This document shows, piece by piece, positions 17,646-25,176 of a stretch of 32,813 bases of DNA. Below the pieces are notes generated by a model. It was not told the DNA's origin. It made no database searches and saw only the letters and a list, made by a program, of their open reading frames with translations. The position numbers were made by a program, and so were the translations under genes. The DNA is taken from the NCBI GenBank assembly GCA_964448065.1, contig CAYUUU010000002.1, forward strand, positions 1-32,813, given 5' to 3'. The first letter of the stretch is position 1. The number at the start of each line of letters is the position of its first letter. The stretch comes from an uncultured Gammaproteobacteria bacterium. Its GTDB lineage: Bacteria; Patescibacteriota; Microgenomatia; UBA12405.

Positions 17646-18530
17646 ATGGAATTTCATACTCCTGTCCTAGCCACCGAAACTATAGATTCTCTAGGTGTCA
17701 AAGAAAACGGTATTTACATAGATGCTACTTTGGGTCATGGTGGTCACACTTTAGAAATTTTAAAAAAAGGCGGTGTTGTTTATGGGTTCGATCAAGATCC
17801 TATTAATTTAAAAACAGCCACCGACAGAATTGTTAGCCAAGGTTTTGACTCAAAATTTTTTCCAATTCACGCCAATTTTATAAATATTGAATCAATTGTC
17901 AATCAAAAAATTAATCAAAAAATAGATGGTTTAATTGCTGATCTTGGTCTTAGTCAAAGTCAACAAATTGGTCAAGGCAGGGGATTTTCTTTTAATGATG
18001 AACAATCTTTGGACATGAGATTGGACCCCAAAAATCAAGAATTAACCGCTGAAAACATAATTAACACTTGTGATTATGATGAATTATTTGAAATTTTTAG
18101 TAAATTAGCCCAAGAACAATATGCTAAACCATTAATTTTAAAAATAATCAGAGAACGACAAAAATCTCCTATTACTTCTGGTTCAAGATTGGCCGATATT
18201 ATCCGTGAATATTATAAAAACAATCATCTTAAATCAAAAATAGACCCTAGCACCAAAATATTTTTAGCTTTAAGAATTTATGTTAATGATGAATTGACCA
18301 ATCTTAAAAAAATTCTTTATCAGAGTTTAAAAATAGTTAAAAAAGGAGGAGTTGTTTCTATAATCACTTTTCATTCTGGAGAAGACCGAATTGTTAAACA
18401 ATTTATTAAAGATTATTCTAATCAAAAAGTTATCATCGAAAATAAAAAACCAATTAAAGCATCTTTTACTGAAATCAAAAACAATCCTTTATCTCGCTCA
18501 GCTACACTCAGATCGTACAAAATAATATAG
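17646..18530 (+). CDS. rsmH: 16S rRNA (cytosine1402-N4)-methyltransferase RsmH/MraW
   Basis: 294 aa. Motifs HTPVLATETIDSL...YIDATLGHGGHT...DLGLSQSQ...RGFSF...SGEDRIVK. It occupies the first position of the dcw cluster. Confidence 0.95.
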   Translation: MEFHTPVLATETIDSLGVKENGIYIDATLGHGGHTLEILKKGGVVYGFDQDPINLKTATDRIVSQGFDSKFFPIHANFINIESIVNQKINQKIDGLIADLGLSQSQQIGQGRGFSFNDEQSLDMRLDPKNQELTAENIINTCDYDELFEIFSKLAQEQYAKPLILKIIRERQKSPITSGSRLADIIREYYKNNHLKSKIDPSTKIFLALRIYVNDELTNLKKILYQSLKIVKKGGVVSIITFHSGEDRIVKQFIKDYSNQKVIIENKKPIKASFTEIKNNPLSRSATLRSYKII

Positions 18531-18539
18531 AATAAACTA

Positions 18540-18785
18540 ATGCTTAGTAAAATTTCTATTTTTGCTACTATTCTAATTATTTTTATCCAATTTTTATTTT
18601 CCTTTTATTATTCTAGTGAAATTATTAATCAAAACAATTTTAGCTACAAAAATCAAATTGAATATCAACAATTAAAAATTACCAACCAAGATTTAGAACA
18701 ACAATTAGCCAGTCTTAATTCTATAAATTATCTTTCAAAAAATTTAAATTTAACCGATTATTCCCTTATTAAAAATAAATTTTAA
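18540..18785 (+). CDS. FtsL/DivIC-like small bitopic division protein
   Basis: 81 aa. One TM (ISIFATILIIFIQFLFSFYY) followed by a coiled-coil-like segment (YQQLKITNQDLEQQLASLN). It lies between rsmH and ftsI. Confidence 0.6.
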   Translation: MLSKISIFATILIIFIQFLFSFYYSSEIINQNNFSYKNQIEYQQLKITNQDLEQQLASLNSINYLSKNLNLTDYSLIKNKF

Positions 18786-18789
18786 TTAA

Positions 18790-20445
18790 ATGTCACTAAC
18801 CCAATCAAGAGTTAAATTATTATCTCTGGCCATCTTTTTCACCTTTATAGCTCTTATTGGTCGCCTTGTTTATTGGCAAATTATTAAAGGTCCAGAGCTT
18901 CGAGAAAAAGCCAAATCACAAACATATAAACTTGAAAAAATAGTTCCCGAAAGGGGAAAAATTTATTCTTCAGACAATTTTCCTTTAGTTTTAAACCAAA
19001 TTTCTTATCAAATTTCTATTTATAAACCAAATCTTAAAGACAATTTAGACACTGTTATAAATCAAATTAATAATGTTTATCCAGACTTTATTAAAATTAA
19101 TCAAAAAAATATTGATAATTTTAAAAATAATTCTAATCAAAAATGGATTACTTTTCCAACTCTTTTTTCCAATCAACAAAAAGATCAACTTAAAATTGCC
19201 GGACTTGAATTTCAAAAAATAGATAAAAGGTTTTATCCTGAAGAAAATATGGCCAAAGAATTGACTGGAATTGTCGCTAAAAACAGTCAAGGAAATATTA
19301 TTGGTTATGGTGGACTTGAGGCTTATTATCAAAAACAATTAACTGGTAAAACTGGCTTCATTTGGGCTCCACAAGATGCTACTGGAAAAACTATTCTAAC
19401 CAAAAAAAGTTGGAGTTCTGAAGCTACAGATGGTCGTGATATTCATACTAATATTAATCGTAGTGCTCAATTTTATGTTGAAAAATTACTTCGTGAAGGA
19501 ATCGATAAATACAACGCTGATTCTGGTTCTGTTACCATTATGGAACCAAAAACTGGAGCTATTTTAGCCATGAGTAACATGACAGCCAGTTCATCAGCTT
19601 CAATTAGTGCTATTAAAAATCCAGCCATTAGTGATCTTTTTGAACCAGGTTCAATTTTTAAACCAATAATTGTTTCTATCGGATTAGATACTAAAAGTAT
19701 TGATACTAATTTTGTTTGTGTCCGCTGTGATCAACCTCATCAAATTGGAAAATATGCTATTACTAACTGGAACGATGAAACTCACCCTAATTCATCACTT
19801 CAAGATATAATCAAAAATTCAGATAATATCGGTATGAGTTTTATTATTCAAAAAATTGGTCTTAACAATTTTTTAGAATATTACAAAAAACTTGGACTTA
19901 ATCAAAAAACTGGAATTGATCTTCAAGGCGAAGCCAAAGCTCCAATCAAAGATACTTGGCCCGAAATTGATTTGGCAACTGCTTCTTTTGGACAAGGAGT
20001 TTTAGTAACTCAAGTCAGCATGCTTCAAGCCTTTAATACTATTGCCAATAACGGAATTCTTGTTAAACCCAGAGTAGCTAGTTATTTTGTTCAAAACGAT
20101 AAAATCATTAACAATAAACAACCAGAAAGTTATCGAGTTTTCTCACAAGATACCACAAAATCAATGAAATCAATTTTAAAATATTCCGTTGAAAATGGAG
20201 TTGTGGCTTCAATGAAAGATAAAAATATTGAAGTTTGCGCTAAAAGTGGCACGGCCCAAATAGCCATTAAAGGTGGTTACACTGATTCCGCCACTATTGC
20301 TTCCTATATTGGTTTTTCTCCCTGTGATAATCCCAAATTTACAATGATTGTCACCATTAATAATCCCAAATCATCACCCTGGGGATCCAGTACTGCTGCT
20401 CCTATTTGGTATGATTTGGCCTTAAAACTAAACTATTTGCTATAA
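18790..20445 (+). CDS. ftsI: Class B penicillin-binding protein (FtsI/PBP2-type transpeptidase)
   Basis: 551 aa. N-terminal TM, then the SxxK motif (PGSIFKP), the SxN motif (NSDNIG) and the K(S/T)G motif (AKSGTAQ). Confidence 0.9.
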   Translation: MSLTQSRVKLLSLAIFFTFIALIGRLVYWQIIKGPELREKAKSQTYKLEKIVPERGKIYSSDNFPLVLNQISYQISIYKPNLKDNLDTVINQINNVYPDFIKINQKNIDNFKNNSNQKWITFPTLFSNQQKDQLKIAGLEFQKIDKRFYPEENMAKELTGIVAKNSQGNIIGYGGLEAYYQKQLTGKTGFIWAPQDATGKTILTKKSWSSEATDGRDIHTNINRSAQFYVEKLLREGIDKYNADSGSVTIMEPKTGAILAMSNMTASSSASISAIKNPAISDLFEPGSIFKPIIVSIGLDTKSIDTNFVCVRCDQPHQIGKYAITNWNDETHPNSSLQDIIKNSDNIGMSFIIQKIGLNNFLEYYKKLGLNQKTGIDLQGEAKAPIKDTWPEIDLATASFGQGVLVTQVSMLQAFNTIANNGILVKPRVASYFVQNDKIINNKQPESYRVFSQDTTKSMKSILKYSVENGVVASMKDKNIEVCAKSGTAQIAIKGGYTDSATIASYIGFSPCDNPKFTMIVTINNPKSSPWGSSTAAPIWYDLALKLNYLL

Positions 20446-20458
20446 TAGCTATATTCAA

Positions 20459-21781
20459 ATGTCTAAAAAATCTATTTCCTCTCTTAAACAAAGGATAAAA
20501 AATAAATTGTGGCACCGACCTAAAAACTTTTTAATTAGTTCTTACTTTAAATTTCCTTCAAAAAAATTAATTTTAATTGGAGTTACAGGAACTGATGGTA
20601 AAACTACCACCTGTCATTTAGTTCATCATGTTTTAACCAATGCTGGCATTAAAACAGGTCTAATTTCTACTACTGGTGCCAAAATTGGTATCAATGAATA
20701 TCCAACTGAACTTCACATGACATCTCCCGATCCAATTTTAATTCAAAAATTACTCAAAAAAATGGTTGATGAAGGAGTTACTCACGTAGTTTTGGAAGTT
20801 ACTGCTCATGCTTTAGATCAATATCGTTTTTTAGGTTGTCATTTTGAAGTTTCAGCTATCACCAATACTTCACATGAACATTTGGATTATTTCAAAAACA
20901 TGGAAAATTACATTAATATTAAAGCTAAATTATTTAAATATTCCAACAAAGTAATTCTTAATAAAGATGACCAATCTTTTAATCAAATTAAACAACAAAT
21001 TAATAAACCAGTTAAAAGTTACAGTATAAAAAACAAATCTGATTTCCAAGCTACCAAAATAAAATTATCTTCAAATTTACTCAGTTTTAAAGTTAATAAT
21101 CTTTCTTTTGTTACCGACAGTAATTATTATTATCAAACCTACAACATATTAGCTGCTTTAGCTATTATTGATAGCCTTAAAATTAGTCCAGAAATTTTAA
21201 TTGAAACTATTAAAAAATATCCTGAGACCAGTGGTCGTAGAGAAGAAATTTCTAACAGTTTTAAATTTAAAACCATTGTTGATTTTGCTCATACCCCAGC
21301 CGCCTTAGAAAATACTCTTTCTTCCCTCAAAAAAAACACTTCCGGTAACCTAATTGTTATTTTTGGAGCTACTGGTGGTCGAGATCAAAGTAAAAGACCA
21401 TTAATGGGAGAAGTTGTTTCTAATATCGCCAATATTGCTATTATTACTTCTGATGACACCAGAAACGAAAAAATAGATGATATTAATCAACAAATTATTA
21501 GCGGTATTAATTCCAAAAAGTCTGAGTTTGTTGATTTTCAGGTTATCGAAAACAATAGTCAAGTTCAAAAAATATTAGAATTAGCAAAAAATAAATTTGT
21601 TTATTTTAATATTCCTAACCGCCAAGACGCTTTTAATTTGGCTATTAAAATAGCTCAGACCAACGACACTGTTATCGCTTGCGGTAAAGGCCATGAAACC
21701 ACTATACTTAATGGTAAGACCGAATATCCCTGGTCTGAAGCAGAGGCTTTTAGATCTGCTTTCAGGTTTCGAAAACTTTAA
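20459..21781 (+). CDS. murE: MurE-type Mur ligase (UDP-MurNAc-L-Ala-D-Glu:diamino acid ligase) with a very short N-terminal domain
   Basis: 440 aa. P-loop GVTGTDGKTTT at aa 41-51. Motifs MTSPDPILIQ..., VVLEVTAHALDQYR, ITNTSHEHLDYF..Y..IKAKLF, GRREE...VDFAHTPAALE and FGATGGRDQSKRPLMG...ITSDDTRNE. Confidence 0.8.
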   Translation: MSKKSISSLKQRIKNKLWHRPKNFLISSYFKFPSKKLILIGVTGTDGKTTTCHLVHHVLTNAGIKTGLISTTGAKIGINEYPTELHMTSPDPILIQKLLKKMVDEGVTHVVLEVTAHALDQYRFLGCHFEVSAITNTSHEHLDYFKNMENYINIKAKLFKYSNKVILNKDDQSFNQIKQQINKPVKSYSIKNKSDFQATKIKLSSNLLSFKVNNLSFVTDSNYYYQTYNILAALAIIDSLKISPEILIETIKKYPETSGRREEISNSFKFKTIVDFAHTPAALENTLSSLKKNTSGNLIVIFGATGGRDQSKRPLMGEVVSNIANIAIITSDDTRNEKIDDINQQIISGINSKKSEFVDFQVIENNSQVQKILELAKNKFVYFNIPNRQDAFNLAIKIAQTNDTVIACGKGHETTILNGKTEYPWSEAEAFRSAFRFRKL

Positions 21782-21783
21782 TT

Positions 21784-22374
21784 ATGTCTCAATACAATAT
21801 TTCCAATCAAAACGATTTAGAAACCAACTATTCACTAGGCTATTTACCTCAAAGAAACAGTCCTCATCTTTTTTATTTTGACAGCAGTTGTCGATCAAAC
21901 TTAATCAACTTTAAACTTAGTTCTGAAAATCGCCGAATTTTGAATAAAACCGAAAATTTTAGTTTTACTAAAACAGAATCAAAAAAAATCAATTTTTCAT
22001 TAGAAATTCAAAAACAAATTTTTGGTTGGATTAAAAAACTGGAATGGGATTTTCCCATTAGTTCAGTTAAAAATATATTTACTAAACATATTTTTAATTA
22101 TATTTATGTTTGGAAAAACGAAAATAACGAAGTTGTTGCTTATGGTTTATGTCTTTTTACCCAAAGTATTAGTCATATTGCTTATGTTTTTTACAATCCA
22201 GAGTACAGTCATGGAAATTTACCTATTAGACTAGTTCTTCAAGTAATTATCGACAGTCAAGAATTGGGGCTAAAATACTGTTATCTCGGTCGTTTTTCCG
22301 AGTCGACTGGTTTTTATAAACGTAACATGCCCGGTTTTGAATATTTTAAAGATAATAATTGGATTACTTTATAG
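21784..22374 (+). CDS. Bpt/ATE-like (arginyl- or leucyl-tRNA--protein transferase family) aminoacyl-tRNA-dependent transferase
   Basis: 196 aa. The C-terminal half VVAYGLCLFTQSISHIAYVFYNPEYSHGNLPIRLVLQVIIDSQELGLKYCYLGRFSESTGFYKRNMPGFEYF..NNW follows the ATE_C/Bpt consensus as I recall it (..SAvYtFYdP.....slG....L..I..A...Gl.y.YLGY.I.....M.YK..F.P.E....W). N-terminal GYLPQR resembles the ATE_N CxYLPxR motif but lacks the Cys. Confidence 0.65.
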   Translation: MSQYNISNQNDLETNYSLGYLPQRNSPHLFYFDSSCRSNLINFKLSSENRRILNKTENFSFTKTESKKINFSLEIQKQIFGWIKKLEWDFPISSVKNIFTKHIFNYIYVWKNENNEVVAYGLCLFTQSISHIAYVFYNPEYSHGNLPIRLVLQVIIDSQELGLKYCYLGRFSESTGFYKRNMPGFEYFKDNNWITL

Positions 22375-22415
22375 TATGAAATTTTTATTAAATATTTTAA
22401 TTAAATACTCCAATT

Positions 22416-22441
22416 TCCCCTCCTTTTTTCAAGGGAGGGGA
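22416..22441 (+). promoter_or_regulatory. GC-rich RNA hairpin in the bpt-like/mpl-like spacer (arms UCCCCUCCUUU / AAGGGAGGGGA, loop UUUC)
   Basis: Read directly: tcccctccttt-tttc-aagggagggga. It forms an 11-bp stem with one G-U pair. It is the only strongly GC-rich intergenic element in the window. No U-tract follows the stem directly, so it is not a textbook intrinsic terminator. Confidence 0.4.
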
Positions 22442-22467
22442 TTAAGGGGTGGATTTTGTTTTTAATT

Positions 22468-23841
22468 ATGCATATACATATCGTCGGTATTGCTGGAACA
22501 ATGACAGCCAATTTAGCTGTTAGTCTAAAAAAACAAGGCCACATAATTACCGGATCGGATCAAGAAAAAATCTACCCACCTATCAGTACTACTTTAAAAA
22601 AAGCCAAAATTATTATTAACGACACTCCAATTAGCCACGATATAGATTTAGCTATTATTGGTTCTTCTTATGATTCTTTTGAGAAAACTAAACAAGAATT
22701 TGAACAAATAAAAAGTCTAAAAATTCCTTTTATTTCGGCTACCGAATACGTTGCCCAAAATTTAATCAAACAAAATTCAATTTTAGTTGCTGGAAGTTTT
22801 GGTAAAACTACTATTACCAGTTTAGTTAGTTGGATATTTTTAAAAGCCAAAAAAAATCCAAACTACATGATTGGAGGTAATATTAAAAACAAACTCGATT
22901 CAGTTCATTTTTCCCCATCAGATTGGTCAATCACCGAAGCTGATGAGTCAATTCACGGTCTAGATACTATGGCTAAATTTTTATATTATCCAGCTAAATA
23001 TTTGGTTTTAACTAGCGCTACTTGGGAACACAAAGACAGTTATTCCAGCGAAATTGATAATTTCAATTCTTTCAAAGAACTAATTCTAAAAATTCCAAAA
23101 GATGGAGTAATTTTAATAAACAATAAAAATGAGACTGCTAAAAAATTAGCTCTTTTTGCTAATGCAAAAGTTATAACTTATAATTCTTCCGATTCAGATT
23201 ATTTTATTGAAAAAATCCAAATTAAAGAAAATTTAACTACCATTTTGATTCATACTCCAACTGGATTAATTAAAGTTGATACCAAACTTATTGGTCAATT
23301 TAATTTTGAAAATATTTTAGCTGCTGTGGCTATTAGTGATTATTTGGGAATTAAAAGTCATTTTATTCAAAAGGCTATTTTTTCTTTTAATGGAGTTAAA
23401 AGACGATTAGAACTAATTGGTAATCATAAAAATATTTTATTTTTTGATGATTTTGCTCAATCAGATGATCGCATAAAATCGGCCATAAATGCCATAAAAC
23501 TTCACTTTCCTAAACACAATATTAAAGTTTTGTATCAACCTCATGCCAGTTTTATTCAATACAAAGACAGTTTAAAAAATTTTTCTTCTGCTTTTAATCT
23601 AGCTTCCGAAATAGTAGTTAGTCAAATTAACTATAAAAAAGATATTTCCAAAGATCAACGAACCACAGTTAGAGATTTTCAAGATCAAATTGGAAACAAG
23701 TTTCACTATTTACCTATAGAAAAAGATATTATTAGTTATTATAAAAAAAGTTTAAAACCAAAAGATATTTTAATTAATATGAGTTCTGGTGGTAAATCAG
23801 GTAATCATATAATTAAAAATATAATTAAAATTTTTAAATAA
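22468..23841 (+). CDS. MurC/Mpl-family Mur ligase, Mpl-like (UDP-MurNAc:peptide or L-Ala ligase)
   Basis: The ATG at 22468 gives MHIHIVGIAGTMTANLAVSLKKQGHIITGSDQEKIYPPISTTL. This closely parallels the E. coli Mpl N-terminus as I recall it (MRIHILGICGTFMGGLA...GHEVTGSDANVYPPMSTLL). Other motifs are the P-loop AGSFGKTTITS, ITEADES, GVKRRLE and the C-terminal ILINMSSGG. The track's TTG at 22456 adds 4 unlikely residues. Confidence 0.8.
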   Translation: MHIHIVGIAGTMTANLAVSLKKQGHIITGSDQEKIYPPISTTLKKAKIIINDTPISHDIDLAIIGSSYDSFEKTKQEFEQIKSLKIPFISATEYVAQNLIKQNSILVAGSFGKTTITSLVSWIFLKAKKNPNYMIGGNIKNKLDSVHFSPSDWSITEADESIHGLDTMAKFLYYPAKYLVLTSATWEHKDSYSSEIDNFNSFKELILKIPKDGVILINNKNETAKKLALFANAKVITYNSSDSDYFIEKIQIKENLTTILIHTPTGLIKVDTKLIGQFNFENILAAVAISDYLGIKSHFIQKAIFSFNGVKRRLELIGNHKNILFFDDFAQSDDRIKSAINAIKLHFPKHNIKVLYQPHASFIQYKDSLKNFSSAFNLASEIVVSQINYKKDISKDQRTTVRDFQDQIGNKFHYLPIEKDIISYYKKSLKPKDILINMSSGGKSGNHIIKNIIKIFK

Positions 23842-23843
23842 AT

Positions 23844-25172
23844 ATGTCTAGATATATTATTACAGGTGGTAAACCACTCCAAGGAGAAGTTTCTATTCGT
23901 GGAGCTAAAAATGCCAGTTTTAAGGAAATTATTGCTAGTTTATTAACCAAAGATACTATTAAACTTTTTAATGTCCCTCAAATTTCTGATGTCAAAATTA
24001 CTCTTAGTATTGCTAAAAGTTTAGGTTCCAAAATTAACCAAACAGGGGATCATTCATACGAAATAACCACCTCTAAAATTTCTAATTCAACTGTACCTCA
24101 AGGCACTGGCGAAAAATCTAGAACTTCATTTATGTTTGTTGCTCCTTTATTAAATCGAACCGGAAAAGCCATTATTCCAATTCCTGGAGGAGACAAATTG
24201 GGAAGTCGTCCATTAGATCGACTTTTTGATTGTTTTCGTCAAATGAATATTCAAGTTGAAGAAAAAGATAATCAAATTATATTTACTACCAATGGAATTA
24301 TTGGAACTAATTATTCTTTTTTAAAACCATCCCATACTATTACTGAAGTTATTCTTATGACTGCCGCCCTAGCTAAAGGTCAAACAATTATTAACAATGC
24401 TGCTCTTGAACCAGAAATTGATGATCTTATTTTAATGTTAAACAAAATGGGTGCTAAAATTTCCAGAAATAAAAACGATCAAAAACAAATAATAATCAAT
24501 GGAGTTTCTAAATTACATCAAGCCGAACATACTGTAATTTGTGACCGAAATGAAATTGTTACTTTTGCTTGTGCTGCTTTGGCTACCAAAGGTAAAATTA
24601 ATATTCTCCGAGTTAAACCTCAAGTAGTCAAGTCTTTTTTAGAAACCATTAAAACCATGGGGGCTGATGTTCAATCATGTGAGGATGAAATTAATATTAA
24701 ATGGGTTAAACCATTAATTGCTATTAATATTCAAACCGCCCCAGAACCAGGATTTATGACCGATTGGCAAGCTGTTTTTAGTGTCCTTTTAACTCAAACT
24801 GTTGGTTGTAGTTCCATTATTGAAACCGTCTTTCCTTCTCGTTTTCAACATATCGAAAATCTAAAAAAAATGGGAGTAAAAGTCAATTTTTTTAACCCTG
24901 TGGTTGATAATCCCGATCAATACTATCAATTTAATCAATCCAGTGATAAGCCAGAATATTTTCATGGAGTCAAAATTTATGGACCAAACAAACTTAAACC
25001 ATCAGAATTTATAATCAATGATCTTCGAGCCGGAGCCTCAATTACTTTGGCTGCTCTAACTGCCGAAGGTCAATCCGTTGTCAAAGGAGTTGAATATATA
25101 GAACGTGGTTACGAAAAATTAGCCCAGCGTCTATGCGCCCTAGGTGCTAATATAGAGTATATAAAAATTTAA
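23844..25172 (+). CDS. murA: UDP-N-acetylglucosamine 1-carboxyvinyltransferase MurA (Asp in place of the fosfomycin-target Cys)
   Basis: 442 aa. Motifs ITGGKPLQGEVSIRGAKNASFKEIIASLL, active-site loop PIPGGDKLGSRPLD and DLRAGASITLAAL...IERGYE. Confidence 0.95.
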   Translation: MSRYIITGGKPLQGEVSIRGAKNASFKEIIASLLTKDTIKLFNVPQISDVKITLSIAKSLGSKINQTGDHSYEITTSKISNSTVPQGTGEKSRTSFMFVAPLLNRTGKAIIPIPGGDKLGSRPLDRLFDCFRQMNIQVEEKDNQIIFTTNGIIGTNYSFLKPSHTITEVILMTAALAKGQTIINNAALEPEIDDLILMLNKMGAKISRNKNDQKQIIINGVSKLHQAEHTVICDRNEIVTFACAALATKGKINILRVKPQVVKSFLETIKTMGADVQSCEDEINIKWVKPLIAINIQTAPEPGFMTDWQAVFSVLLTQTVGCSSIIETVFPSRFQHIENLKKMGVKVNFFNPVVDNPDQYYQFNQSSDKPEYFHGVKIYGPNKLKPSEFIINDLRAGASITLAALTAEGQSVVKGVEYIERGYEKLAQRLCALGANIEYIKI

Positions 25173-25176
25173 TTTT

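Noticed and set aside
16107-22234. Same-strand out-of-frame ORFs 16107..16331, 21693..21881 and 22022..22234.
   Set aside because: They are embedded in glyQS, in the murE/bpt-like junction and in the bpt-like gene respectively. They have no motifs, and the overlapping frames have clear family signatures.
22434-22438. GGAGG in the 3' arm of the hairpin as the ribosome-binding site of the Mpl-like gene (an SD-sequestering riboregulator).
   Set aside because: The distance to the ATG at 22468 is about 30 nt, and to the TTG at 22456 about 17 nt, both too long for a functional SD. The only nearby start (GTG 22449) opens a 24-codon out-of-frame ORF with no support.
22456-22467. TTG start at 22456 for the Mpl-like ligase (adds MFLI).
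   Set aside because: The ATG at 22468 gives MHIHIVGIAGT, which aligns with the very N-terminus of Mpl/MurC proteins. The extension has no support.
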